Origin: Amphiscolops sp. MND2022
Lineage: Eukaryota
Length of the DNA: 64,000 bases
Assembly (NCBI GenBank): GCA_964187785.1
Contig: OZ076421.1
Coordinates: 52,452,001 to 52,516,000, forward strand
Direction: 5' to 3'
Of this stretch, positions 10,916 to 24,300 are shown piece by piece. The position numbers and the translations under genes were made by a program. Positions within the stretch are counted from its first letter, which is position 1. Every line of letters begins with the position of its first letter. Under the pieces are notes generated by a model that saw only the letters and a list, made by a program, of their open reading frames with translations, was not told where the DNA came from and did no database searches.

Positions 10916-13900
10916 TTGATATTCAGTTTTGTGCGATAGGGTCGATGTTCACCGGATTATAGTACGCGTAATCCTTCTTCCAGTTTGCTGGCGGGTTCGC
11001 TCGTAGATTTTATTTACTTTTCCTGGGGGAATTGGGGGGCGGGATCGCGCTTTCATGATTGTTTGAGTCAAAGTTGGATATTGAAACTTCAGGGTGTTCG
11101 TCCGGGTTGGCTATTGAGGGGTGGGCTTCTGGGTCAAACGTTGGTGTATCCTTTTGGGCGAGCTGTTCTTCGCGGGACTCGGGAATTGTTATGGTAGGTT
11201 CTTTTTGAAAAGAAGTGTTTGGCGTTTCGGCGAAATCCTCGGAATCCGACTGCCATGTTTGAGCGTACAAGTCGTAATGGAAGACGTCTACTTCCTTGTC
11301 CGGAATATAATCTTTGGGCAAGACATGTTTGTCCGGAAGTGGTTTGTCGGTCGGGCATGGTTTTAGTCGGATTCTGTGAAGGATTTGCGTGTAATTTGTC
11401 TGTAATTTCCGGATAAGGTAATTGTTGTTTGGAAGTACTTTGACCACAATGTAGGGTCCTGTCCAGCGGTATTCCTTGAATGGGATTTTGGTACCTTGGG
11501 TGTTCGCTCTGGGGTGAAGTGCGTAGCAGTATTCGTTGACGTGGAGAGGGTGGGCATTTGCTTTTTTGTCGTAATAGTGTTTGTATCGTATGTAGGACTG
11601 CATTAGGTTTTTGCTCACGGTCTCTTTAATCTGTTGGGTTTTGTGTAGGATGTCTTTTCCCAGATTCGTTGTTGTGGTTGAGTGTTTTTCATTTCGTATG
11701 CCGAACTTGAGGTCCAATACGTTTTAAGGGATCCTCCCGTGAAACACTCGGCTAGGTTCACACCCCAGGGCGGAGTGGTATGACGTGTTGTAATTGAGTG
11801 TAGCTATGGCCACGTACTGGTGCCACATGGTTCGCCTTTCTCCCGTGGAGATTTTCAACGATTCTTTTAGGGATGCGTGGCTTCTCTCTAGTATTCCGAT
11901 AGTTTGGGCATGCTTGGTAGTAGCATGTTTGAGCTGTATGCCCAGGGTCCTGGTTGCGTCTGCCATGACTTCAGACATGAATTGGGTACCCTTGTCTGTA
12001 ATGACGGTGGTTGGAAGTTAGGCGTGGCGAGTCATAATGTCTACAAGGACTCGAGCTACCGTTGGGGCGTCCGTCTTGACTACATTGTACGTGAAAAGAT
12101 AACCAGAGAAAACGTCCATTGCTGTTATAATTGCATTATAACCTCCAGAGGGTTCATCAAAAGGAACGATGTCCATTGGAGGGCGTCTTCTGGGCCTAAA
12201 GCGATTTTGGACGTATCGATCATTGGTGGCGTGATGGACCGTTTGTCCGTGCGTTTGGTTTGCAAGCATTCGGTGCATCGAGAGATGTGGTGGCTGATCC
12301 TGGCTGCCATGCCTGGGTAGTAATACTTCTCTCGGCATTGTTGTATTACCTTGGCTATCCCTGGGTGTTTGCCTGCTTGTCCATGGTGCGCTAGGATGAA
12401 CGATTCGACTAGGTGCTCAGGTAGCAGAATCTGGAGGAATTTGACTTTGCCTGTTTCGTCGTAGTACTGCCGGTATAGCAATCCGTCTTTTAGTATTATT
12501 CTGCTGTCCTGGGCAATGTATCGAACTGTGCGGGGGTCGCTTGCTAAGAGTTGTTCGTTGTAAGGTTCTTTGAGCAAGCGGAGTTTGTAATTTCTCAGGA
12601 CGTTGTCTTGGTCCTGTTGTTGTCTCATTGTTTTCATTGGGCCATTGTGTTCGTTGTTGGTTTCAGTCAGGGTTTGGGTTACAAGTACTTCCGTTTGAAA
12701 TATGGTAACCTCTTTGTCACTGGGAGCTGTCTCGGTATTGGTGTCTTCTAGGTGTGGTTTGTTGTTGTTGTCATCAATAATTTTCTTTCGTGCTCGCAGT
12801 TTACGCTCCCATATCTGTTCCTCTGTTTCCGTGTCGTCATCAGGCATGAAGAAGAATTGTTCTTCTTCTGCAACATCGGACGACTGGATGTTGACTTGGA
12901 TGGGAGTGGTCCGTATGTCGTCCCTTATTGTGAGATGGACTTTGTCCTTTGGCTGAATGTCGAGACGGGACAGGAAATCTGCTGCCGTGTTCATTTTGCC
13001 TGGCACGTGAGCGATAGTGAAATGGAACTGGAGGACAAAATCACACGCGTTCCATAGGGCTGGAGGGATGATTTTTGTTTGGAAAAAACGTGTCACAGAT
13101 TTGTTGTCCGTGAGGACGACAACCGGTTTGTTTGATTCCCAAAGAATGTGGCTATACGCCATGAAGGCGAAGTAGATAGCCAGGAATTCTTTTGCGTACA
13201 TGGACAGTTTAATCTGAGAGATAGAGAACGTTTTGGAACCGAATGCTACTGGTGCGTAGGTTTTTCGGACCGAGCTAATTTTCTCTTCTGAATTTTTTTC
13301 GATCATGAGGGCGTAGCCCGCGTTTTTGTAGTTGGCATCGGTCATGAGCACATATTGTTTGTTGGGCCTGGGTTGTTTGAGCCACAGGCCGCACGCGTTG
13401 TCCAAAGATTTGTTGATGTTGGTGAAACTGTCCATGATCTCGTTTGTGATCTTGATGGGTTTTTCGGTTTTGATGAGTTCGTGGAACGGAGCTATCTTTT
13501 CGGAAAGTCTAGGGATGTAGTTCCGATAATAGTTGACGAAACCTATGCAACGCTGGAGTCCCTTCTTGGTCTTTGGGAATGTCAGTTTTTGCAAGTAGTT
13601 TCGAATCTTCTGATCTTGTGTGGCAATTCCTTCTGGCGACACAGTTCGTCCAAGGAATTGGACTTCCTTGGCACCAAACTGGCATTTGGCCATTGTCAAA
13701 CGCAGACCTGCTTCTCGAACGCACTGAAAAACCTCACGCAGGTTGGTCTTCAACTCCTCGGCGTTGTGGGTGGCAATCCCGATGTCGCCTACGTACTGAG
13801 CGCATTTTTCAGCTTTGATGACTCGATCAAGATATTCTCTCATGAAGCTCGAGAAGGAGGAGAGGGACCTGTTGAGCCCTTGTGCGAGTCGCAGGTATGC

Positions 13901-16353
13901 GAATGTTCGACTGGCGAAATTGAAGGCTAGTTGTTCTACCGACTTTTTGTCTGCCATTTGCAAGACATGATAAGCCTGGGAGCAGTCTAGCTTGCAAAAT
14001 AACTTCTTTCCGGCGAGATGTTGGGCTGCATCGGAGAGGGTGCTGACTGGTTGGTTGTTGTTCGTGTAGTCGTCAGCTATTAGATTGTTGATCTTTCTAA
14101 GGTCAACTAGCTGTCGAAGGCGCCCGTTTGGCTTGCTTTGAGCAAATATGGGGCTAGCTTATTTCCTGAACGGGAGAGTGGTTATGATGCCGTAGTAGTG
14201 CATCAAGGCTAGTTCTACCGTGAGAACCTCTTTGAGATTCACGGGACAGGGTAGGCTCTGCGTATAGGCTGGTTGATCGTTCTTCGGAGTCAATTTTATC
14301 TTGAAGTCGTGATTGACGCCTATGTCTAGGCGGTGGCGGGCGAATATGTCGTGGTTTTCGACAAGGATGTTCTCGATGTCCTCTCTATCGTGGCTCTCTA
14401 ACTGTGAGTTGTTCCACTTGAAATTTTCGAGGAATTTTTGTCTGTCCTGGGGGCCCGATGTTGGGTTCAGTTTCTGGATTTGCTCCAACTCTTCAATCTC
14501 TCTGAGGATCCTTCTTTGAACGGGGGTATGGGTGGAGGGATCACCCGGATTGTCTGGGGTTGGGAACCAGAACTGCTGGGATGTTTCGAGTTTTTCTGTA
14601 GTTTTCAGCAGTTCGTTTACGTACTCGAGTGCTTGTTCTGAGTCGTCCTCGGTTAGGACCTTTAATGCCGCCGTGGATAAAGGTTTGATGTTTTTTGCTT
14701 CGTTGGGGGTTGTAATGTGGAATTCGGCCACTACTGTGTTCTTCTTGATGGTAAATGGAGTGGGCGAGGTATTCGTTATTCGAATCGGCGTCTTCATTTC
14801 GTGGACAGTTGACAGAGAACTGGCTATTACTATTGGTTTATCTTCCGTGTAGGCCGGTATCGGGTTGATGACACCGGTGGTGTCCGCAATCGATCTGATG
14901 TTGACTGAGGCCTCGACTGTGATGCATTGATCGGGGGCCAATGTTGTTTGATTGAGGATAGTCACTTTATGTGTTTTCGTTGGTTGTTCATCAGATACAG
15001 GTTGTATTGCGTAGGTTAGGTGATGGAAATGGAGGAGTCCCTGACTGGCGTCCAGGATGGCGCTATTGGACTTCAGGAAGGTGAGGCCTAGTATGGGGCC
15101 AGTGATTTTGTTGGCCACAATGAAAGTTTCTTTGAATGTCCAATCTCCTATTTCAAACTGTATTTGGATGGTCCTGATCGGGGTTTCTATGTCGCCGTTT
15201 GCGACCTGTAGTTTAAAAGGGGGCGGATCAGATTCCTTCAGGATGTTAGCGGGGCTCATATTTTTGAGTTTTTGATATTCATTCTCGGGCATGCAATTGA
15301 CCAGGGCACCTGAGTCGATAAGGGCATCTATCGAGAAGTGTTGGAAGTCCATTGGTGCAAACAGCATGCGTCTCTTCTGTTTAAGTGCAATTGCCGAGGA
15401 TATTGGTAGGCATTGTTCCCCCATTGGATTGTTTGTTGTGGTGATATTTTCTAATTGGTGGGCATCGAGTTGTAAAAGCAAGCTGTTGTCACCTTGTTGT
15501 GTATTTGTGGGCTTGGGGTTCCCATCATTGTTGGGTTGCTGGTTTTGTTCGAATTCACAGGTCAGTGCCCGTTTGATGCGCTTCGTTTTTGGTGCTGGGT
15601 TAGCCGTAGTTGTAGTTGCAGGGGTAATGGTGGGGTCCCTGGCTCTGTATGTGTCTGGTACCTCGATGGTAGAGGTTCCTGATTTGGTAGGATATTTCTT
15701 TATTGGGTACTCGGGACTTTGGGGGGATGATGGTGATGACGTCATTGCAGCCCGGATTTCGTTCGTGGGTGCCGGAACTCTTAAGTTGACCTGGGTTCGG
15801 TCATGATGGGTGTAGGAGGTTTAAGAATTGGTCGGAGGGTTATCGTCGGTGGTGCGACGATAACTTGTAGGTCTCGATCCTGTTCTTCGGCGTGTTGTAC
15901 GGGTGAAAGACTGTCGTTGTCATCATCTCGCCTTTTGGTGATGTCCAATTTCATGTTCGTTCTTTTGACGAAATCGTGTGAGGGTACATTGATCGTCCCT
16001 TTGAATGTTAGAGTCTCCTGGTCGTATAGGTCTGGGTTGTGGTAAGGGTCACAGTTGTAGTCTGTGTCGAGTATGTAAGTGAGAGGAGTAGAGCTGGGTG
16101 GGAGAGGGCGTCTAGTTGAGCTGTATAGTAGAGGGTTCCCTTGATACCATTCTGGGTACGGTAGTTTGTCGATAGTGGATTTGTTGAATTTTATGAGGCG
16201 CCTGATGAGCCATCTCCGCTGCCAGTCGGTAGATGGTTCTCCGGGACACTCTGCAAACATTTCTAAATCATGGTCCTTCGGGGGTTCAGATGTTGTGTAG
16301 AATCGGTAATCGATGTAATCCCCGAAGCGAAGACGTGGCTTCAGGAGTTTTTT
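10916..16353 (-). pseudogene. pol: pol of element 1 (unknown N-terminal region, PR, dUTPase-like linker, RT, RNase H, integrase with GPY/F motif)
   Basis: PR ALIDSGA; RT CAQYVGD (DD mutated); RH VLMTDA..VLTDNKS; IN HHGQAGKHPG..CTEC, MDVFS, GILERSH and WTGPY. Several stops and frameshifts, e.g. a stop at 14159. Confidence 0.96.
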
Positions 16354-17741
16354 GACTCGTTTTCTTGTGGATAGTTTGTGGATGCTGGGCGATGGGGATA
16401 TTGTTAGGTGATGTTGCTTTGGGTGTCTTCCACCACGTGGGGCGGTTTGCCCAGTTTGCCCCCGAATAACAATCTTTTGTCTCGTGGCTCATTTTTCCTC
16501 ATGTTTCACACGGCGAGGATGGGGTTGTGTTTTGGTTCTTTTGGGATCGTTTATCCCTGTTGGTTTTGCGGCAGTTCCGTAGGAGGTGCCCTGGGTTGCC
16601 GCACCCGAAGCATGTTCCCGTTGTTTTGGGAGGTTTATTCTGTTGTTGTTGTAGGCTGGGTTCGATGTTGTGTACCCCTGTTATTGATGAGCCATCGTTA
16701 GTGGCGAGTCCATTGAGTTCGATTTCTCGTTCTAAGTGCTGTACCATGGTTTCTTACGATTCGGTTTCGAGTATGGCCTGATTTAGGACATTCTTGAGAC
16801 GCGGTGGCATCTTGGCATAGAAAGAGGTTTCGATGAGCGTCTTCTCCGTAAGCTTCTTGAGCTAACTTTTGGTATTGCTCTAAGAAATCTGGAAATGTTT
16901 GCTGGCTTGGATTGAACGACAGATTTTCCCATTTGCAACGTGCGGTTGCCACTGTCTGCTGTCTTACATATCGTCGGCGGAAGCCAGCAAGGATGTCATT
17001 CAGGTGTTCTCGGGTTACTTCCGTCATGTTCCTGAATGTTTGTAATTAATTGTAATTAATGAACATTTGTAATTATTGTTCGCCTCGCAGAAGAGAATGG
17101 AAGTAGTGGATTTTTTCCTCTTCTGTAATGTTCGGATACACTTTGAGGCTTGTTTGAAAAAGGTCCTCAGAGTGCTCGAACTTGTCCGTTTTCCCGTCAA
17201 ATGTTGGCATAGTGGTGGACATGGCTTTTGGTAGCCTAGGGACACCGGAATTGTGCCTAGTTGCCGTTTGCAGCGATTGTAACAGTTTATCAATGATGTC
17301 ATCAGGGTACCTCTGGTTTGGAGTTGGCAGGCTTGATGATCGTTGATGGCTGTTGTCGTGTTGGTTCGCTGAAACTCCTGTCACCATGTGTTGACTAACT
17401 TCTTGGCGGAATGCGTTTAATTCGGCGGGATTAGGTTCCAGAACTACGTTCTCAAGGTTCATTCCGTTAGGACTCGGACTCGTATCATAGGACGTTCCGT
17501 CTGTCAACGAGTATATTTTGGAAGTCAGGTTTTCTATCATGTTCAGGATTTCACGCTGACCTGTCTCGGTGTCCTTGATCCTTTTACTCATTGACTTTTC
17601 AATTTTCTCTGACAAGTCTGCGAAGTCCTTATCGGAAATGCTGGGGACGTTTTCTGTCCTCATGCTTGAACACTCAGGTTCGCCTACAGAGCTGGAAATC
17701 GAATCGCGTCGGGCTTTCCTCTTAGAGCTTCGTTCTGGCAT
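16341..17741 (-). pseudogene. gag: gag of element 1 (starts inside the 5' LTR)
   Basis: ATG at 17741. Capsid-like TFDGKTDKFE..F motif and two CCHC knuckles (CFGCGNPGHLLRNC and CETCGKMSHETKDC). Disrupted by an insertion near 17045-17078. Confidence 0.93.
17375..17386 (-). other. primer binding site of element 1 (tRNA-Leu-like)
   Basis: TGGTGACAGGAG(T) directly follows the LTR terminal CA. It is 1 mismatch from the complement of the vertebrate tRNA-Leu(CAG) 3' end, TGGTGTCAGGAGT. The tRNA identity is inferred. Confidence 0.8.
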
Positions 17742-18704
17742 GCTGTTTAAGCAAAATCTCAAAATCTTCTTAGGAATAACTCAAGTACTTTCGATGAACA
17801 AAGAAATTGCGGGGCGCAAAATTCAATTAGCGTTTAATTAGAAAGTGTTTAATTCGCGACAAAACAAAATATTCAACTAAAAATGGCTTCCAAATTCCAA
17901 CATATTTATACTTTTCCTCGGGGAAGCGGGGAATTAGTGCAACAGTATTTCACAACTTGTTCAGCCAGGAGTCCATCCCAGGCAGGGAAACCGGAAGTTC
18001 AGTTCCGCTTTGTCGAACTCAGACCTTCAGTTTGTTCATGCTTTCCGAGGAAAGCACGCGTCCACTTCCTGTCTGAATTGCGACTCCGCTTCCCTTCGCC
18101 TCCAGTTTCCCGCCTTTTCAAGACGCCGAGGCTGAACTTGACAAAGACAAAGGCAATGAATCATCGAAGATACTGCAAATTGAATATGAAAATTGGGAAA
18201 ATGATGACAATCAATATTTATAAAATAATTTCCGAATCAATAAAATAGCATCGTTCTGGCTTCAGATTAACAAAATCCCACACTGGAATATGAATGAATA
18301 GGCTGGACTACTTATGCGGTGTTTACAGAGCTGATTTGACTGAAAACTGCAAAGCTTTCGCCTCAGGATATGGTCCGGGACGGACAAAATTTACTGGGGG
18401 AAAAAGGAATAGATACTAGTGACGAATATTGTGACAACATCGTTTTGGAATATGGTTAACAAATTAACGGTAACAGGTTCAAGGAATAGGATGTACATGT
18501 TATTAATGCACACGATTATTAATTAACATTAGGTCTTGAGCCCAGGCTGTGGTCCAGGCTTGTTCATTAATTTATCACAACTTACATGCAAAACATTATA
18601 TGTAATATTTAAACGGCTGTAATATTCATGATCACACTCTATAAACTCCAGATTCATTCCTGAACAAGATTACATGGCAACATTAACATTTTCACTTGTA
18701 TGAT
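17387..18704 (-). repeat. 5' LTR of element 1, left part (interrupted by element 2)
   Basis: Matches 4055-5373 and resumes at 34009. Confidence 0.95.
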
Positions 18705-20635
18705 TGTGTTGACTGTCTTCTTGGTGGAATGCGTTTAGTTCAACAGGGTTTGGTTCCGGAACTGCGTTTTCAATATTTATTCCATTAGGGCTCGAACTAG
18801 TATCATAGGACGTCCTGTCAGCCAACGAATCTATTTTAGAAGTCAGGTTTTCTATCATCTTCAGAATTTCACGCTGACCAGTCTCAGTGTCCTTGATCCT
18901 TTTGCTCATTGACTTCTCAATCTTATCTGACAAATCTGCGAAGTCGTTATCGGAATTACTGGGGACGTTTTCCGTCCTCATACTTGAACATTCGGGTTCG
19001 CCTACAGAACTAGAAATCGACTCGCGTCGGGCTTTCCTCTTAGAGCTTTGTTCTGGCATGATGCTAGTACGAGGCGTTGAAATCGTCAGGAATAACTCAA
19101 GAATTCTCGACTAAACAGAGAAATTGCGGAGCGCAAAATTTTAATTGACGTTTTATTAGATAGTGGTTAATTCGCGACAAAACAAAATTATTCAACTAAA
19201 AATGCCTTCCAAATTCCAACATATTTATACTTTTCCTCTTGGAGAATCGGGGATTAGTGCAACAGTATTTCACAACTTGTTCAGCCCGGCGTCCATCCCA
19301 AGCGGGGAAACCGGAAGTTTAGTTCCGCTTTGTCGAATTCAGACCTTCAATTTGTTCATGCTTCCCAAGGAAAGCAAGCGTCCACTTCCGGTCTGAGTTG
19401 CGACTCCGCTTCCCTTCGCCTCCAATTTCCCGCTCTTTCAAGACGCCGAGGCTGAACTTGACAAAGACAAAGGCAATGAATCATCGGAGATACTGCAAAT
19501 TGAATATGAGAATTGGGGAAAAATGATGACAAGCAATATTTATAAAATACTTCCCAAATCAATAAAATAGTATCGTCCTGTCTTCAGTTCAACAAAATCT
19601 CACACTGGAATATGAATGAGTAGATTGGGCCGCTTGAGCGGTGTTTACAGAGCTGATTTGACTGAAAACCTGCAAAGCTTGGCCCCAGGTTATGGTCCGG
19701 GACGAACAAAATTTGCTTGGGAAAGGTGGATAAATACTAGTGACGAGTATTATGACAACATCATTTGTAATATGGTTAACAAATTAACGATAACAGGTTC
19801 AGGGGATAGGATGTACACGTTATTAATGCACACAATTATTAATTAACACTGCATCTTGAGCCCAGGTTGTGGTCCAGGCTTGTTCATTAAATTATCACAA
19901 TTTACATGCAAACTATTATATGTAATATTTAAACGGTAATCATATTCATGGTCATACTCTATAAACTCCAGATTCTTTCCTGAACAAGATTTACATGGTA
20001 ACATTAACATCTTCACTTTAATGATCAACTTTGGAACATGTTTATTTTCAGGTCGCATCCCAGGCCGTAGTTCGTACTATTCTAAGCAATCGGCACGAGG
20101 TATTTATTGTTAGATCAATTGCACTCATATTGTCATTCGGTTACTGCAGAGGGTATTAGAATGCTTACATGTATTTGCTAACACATCTAATTCTATTGCG
20201 TTGTGCTTAGCGGCGTGATTTGTTCTCAGGCCGCTTGCCAGGCCGGCGCTTTACAGGCTGAATTTGAGGCCGGCTGCCAGGCCGCAGTCCCGCTATAGAA
20301 ATAGTTGGCCGCTCGTTAGGCGGTGTGGTTCGCGTGTTATTAACTGTAGCACTGTGTTATTATTATTATTATTATTAACTGCACTCCGTGATGTTGCAAG
20401 TACGTATGTATATAAGTGTATATAATTATATATAACTGCTAATATATATATGTACTTATTTAATCAATTATTTCACAAATTATATCATTTGGCGCCATGG
20501 TCTTAATTCGTATGGGATTAGCTGATTGTTTTTGATTGTTTATTTTCGTCTTCTCCTTCGTCCTTTTCCCAATTTATTCTCCGAAGACTGGGTTAGGTTT
20601 GCTGCAGAATTCACAGCTCAAGTGGGGCTGTGACA
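18705..20635 (-). repeat. 3' LTR of element 2
   Basis: Plus strand runs TGTGTTGAC..GCTGTGACA; near-identical to 32059-34003. Confidence 0.96.
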
Positions 20636-21107
20636 GTCCCCGGCTTCTTTGGCCAGTTCCCTCGGGGAGAAGAAATTGGGAAATGGATCGTATTGGGGTT
20701 TCAAACAGAGTAGGGAGATCATCTCTCATTGAATCATATGATCGCCATGAAGAGCTGCTTGTCCAGCTGCTGCCTGACCAGTAGCCTTCTGAGCTGCTGT
20801 CGGTCTCACTGATCGGGCTCATAAATACATCGTCTGGTAAGACGGGATTCTCAGTTGTAAAGCGGCGGATAACTCTGTTTTCATCCTCGTTGATAATTGC
20901 CTGCGGCGTTTGATTGTCGTGAACTAAGACAATATGCTGGTCTTCTGTTTTGATAATTTCGTAAGTAATAGGGCGGCGTACAGGATTGATTAACCGGTAA
21001 TTGGGTGGCGGTGTACTAAGCCGCTGTCTTGGCTGCTGCTGTGGTTGGTCCCGATCCAGAGTGAAAACGTCTTCATTTGTTTGATCGTTTAGCTGCGAGT
21101 GAATCAT
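20574..21107 (-). CDS. orphan sense ORF3 of element 2 (177 aa, reads into the 3' LTR)
   Basis: First 149 aa are highly similar to ORF 6004-6453. Confidence 0.6.
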   Translation of the reverse strand: MIHSQLNDQTNEDVFTLDRDQPQQQPRQRLSTPPPNYRLINPVRRPITYEIIKTEDQHIVLVHDNQTPQAIINEDENRVIRRFTTENPVLPDDVFMSPISETDSSSEGYWSGSSWTSSSSWRSYDSMRDDLPTLFETPIRSISQFLLPEGTGQRSRGLSQPHLSCEFCSKPNPVFGE

Positions 21108-21328
21108 TATAATAGCGAACTGATTAGCAGTGAATTTGTAGTGTGACTGATTTCCTTCACTTGGAAAATTTGTTCACATGGTTTGTGCGATCTCTAGGAA
21201 CTGTTCAGCTGGCAGTCTGAACAACTCTCCTTATATAGTACATAACTTTTTAAATATTACTATTCCATTGTTTTACGCCACATCTTCATTGTGTTATGGT
21301 TTTGTTATTTTTCAGAAAGTTTTGAGAC

Positions 21329-24300
21329 ATGAGATCCACTGAAGAAGATAATAGTAGGAAATAATAATAATAGGAAAGAGTGCGTGGTTGTGATGACAGG
21401 GATGACAGTGATGAGGCAAGTGTTACTGGCAGTCGCGATGAAACTGGAGAGGCTGTTGCAGGCATAGTGACCGAGACGGCAGGACGAGGCTTTGGTGAAA
21501 AAGATGTTACTGAGGATGAGATTGTTGAGGCTGATATTGAGAGCTGCCCTGAGAGTGAGTACTACCATTCTGCCACAAGCGACAATCGTCATGACATAGA
21601 TTACTTGGCGGACAAGAAAGGTAAGCTTTCCTAGAAATTAAATGGGTGGCCGGCCCTTTCTAGTTTTGTATGAACGCGTTCTTTTTGCATCTACTTTCTA
21701 CAGAGACTGATGATGATGAGCTTGACGAGGATTATTGTCCCAGCGCCAGTTCAAAATCGCAGCGCAAGAAGAAGAAGCAGTCTCGGTCCAGTCGGATGCT
21801 TTCGACGAGCAGTGTCCGGTCAGCGAAGCGTGTGCGATTGGCTGATGTCGTCGCGGGGGTTATTCCAAGGCCTCCCACCTTAATGGACAGCTGTGGCGAG
21901 GAGTATGATCCACCGACTGTTTCTGCTTCTAAGACTCTCGAAAGTAGGTATTCCTTCTTCTTTCTTGTCGTTTGTAGTGTACTTGTTAGGAGTCGTTTAT
22001 TTGTGAGTTCCAATGCTCCTTGTGAGATATCGTTATGTCATTATTTTAGTCGCTGAACTGGGGCACGGACCAGGAGTTGGATCATTTACAGATGGTGATG
22101 TTTTCATATGTGAGGCTGCTTTGGAGACGCCTGCACAGGAAAGTGACATTGCCTCTTTGCTTCCTGATGATTCTTCTCGACACACCCGAACTCAACATGG
22201 TCGGACAGCGGTAGGGTTGGAGCCCTCTGTCATCCATAACGAGTGGGAGAATGGTTTGTTTCCCTGTTTGTTTTCTTACTTCTGTTTGATCTATCCTCCG
22301 TATGGTCCTTCGAATGTGTAGTTGTCTAGCTGTTCTGGTCCTCTTTCCTTCTACCATTGCGTTTTTGATATATTATTATATTTGTTATCAGCTGGTCTGC
22401 AGTCTGTCCCCACTGGTTCTCCTGTTGTGATGTCGGCCGCGCAGTGTGTCATGTTGGCTCGAAGTGCTGCCCGGGCTGAGCGGACGGAGACGCAGAAAGA
22501 GACCAAGAATTTGGCTAAACGTGAGTATTTTCTCAAGTTTCTTCGTTTTTGTATGTTATTTGTTGTTTCTTCGGTTGTTGGGCGTTCAGTTGTATTCGTC
22601 TTCCGTATGTGTTGATGGTGTACTTTCCAGCTTGTTTGTTTCGTCGCTAGCTTGTTGATTGATTGTGCGTGTTTTATTTTAGAATTCGAAGAGCTGTCTC
22701 GTCTGTTGAAACGGAAAGGGATCGACGCCAGTGATCCTGGGCGTGTTGTGGATCCTGTCGAGCTTAAAAAGGAGCGGCTTCTGGCTCGAGACGAGGAACG
22801 TGCGAAGAAACAGACCGAGAGGCATGTTCTGACTAAGGCCATGACTAATCACCCAATACCAAGGCTGTTTGTGAGTCGTCGAAATGATAGAAGCCCCAAT
22901 GGATTTAATTGCTCGGTGTGCCGTAAAGATGTGTCCTTCCTGTCCCGAGGGCCCCGAGGCATCTGGAGGCACTTTAAGTGCAAGGGCCATTTCGCAAAGG
23001 ATCGGCGTTACCGATTTGACCACGAAGACTTCATCTATACTGAGAAGTTCGATGCCATTGCTGTCAGTGAAGTAACGTTGGAATTGCCAGCTGAAATCGA
23101 GAAGACGCCACCAGTTACTCTGGGGAAAATGAACAACTTTGTCGAGGACGAGGTGGATGCATTGGTTGGCGTCCCGTCCAATGTGCCTCCTACGACTCTT
23201 GTGGGTTGTTTATTTGAGCTATTGAGAAGTGGTGGTTCACAGATGTTTCTCCGTCGTCTGTGGAGCCAGTTCCGTACGACCCTTCCAGTTGACAGCCCGT
23301 ATGCCTGTGTTACCTGGAGTAAGACTGAAATCTTGGTGGTGATAGTCCAGACCCTCTACCCACGCGTACTTCGTCGTGTGAAGTCATGGCTTGGCGACAG
23401 CCCTTTTAGCTTGTCAGTGCAATCGTCATTCTCTGGGGTGCGATGTACTGTCCGATGCTGTCCCGATGACTCCTTGCGGGAAGTGTGTCTTGTGGATGAA
23501 GATGTTGGTTCTGTCTCCTGTGAAGCCGAAATTCGTTGCCTGTCCTGCGTGTTGTCCTTGGTATCCACTCGTCATGGTCCTATTGCCATTCAAAACTGCC
23601 CGCCAGTGTTATTTAACGCTTACATGGATTGGTGCCGTTCTATGGGTCGACCTGTGCCTGTTGTTGCTACCATCTTTGATATCGATCTTCTGCGTCGTTT
23701 GGTTCGCGATGCCAGCTTGGTTTGTGTTGGGTCCGTGGATCCCTTTGCTGTCATAGAGTATCTGACGCAGCGTTTGAAAAAGTTTGCTCCCCAGGCTTGG
23801 CTTCTGAACCTGCCGCAATTCCGTCTGTGCCTGGAGTCGGGGGTTGTTCCTCCAGAAAATTTATGCGTTGTTTTGCAAGAGCTCCTGGACATATGGTCTG
23901 ATGTGAAGATTTGTGTGTCGAACGATATCCTGTTGATGAAGAAGAATGTCAATGTCGTGGATCTGGATTCCCTCTTGTGTTCAGACCGTTTGGGTTTGCC
24001 TCGACTGGCTTTATTGCATGTCCTTTTGCTGTGTTTTCGATCAAATTGCAAGAGGTTATTTGAATCGGATGTTGCAGATTACGCTTGCAGGAGTTTTACT
24101 GATTTTTGCTTTTTCTATTGGAGTTTGTTGAGCAAGGTGAAAAAGATAAGTCAGCTACCTTCCATCGACAATTGGTCCGACTACATTGACAAGCCACTGA
24201 ACAGTTGGGCGAATGTGACTGCTTCCGAATGTCTTCAGGGAGAACCCAGTATCATGAAGGCGCTGCGTGGTTTTGACGAGAGTCTTCGACGGGCTTTCCT

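Noticed and set aside
13355-13930. 191-aa plus-strand ORF over RT, also at 28053-28628, and similar ORFs at 15291-15806 and 29966-30586
   Set aside because: These are shadow frames opposite pol. The G+T-rich strand lacks stops, conservation is explained by sense-strand coding, and there is no independent splice or start signal.
22351-22842. 163-aa minus-strand ORF opposite cargo exons 5-6
   Set aside because: It has no equivalent intact ORF in element 1 and is a shadow of the plus-strand gene.
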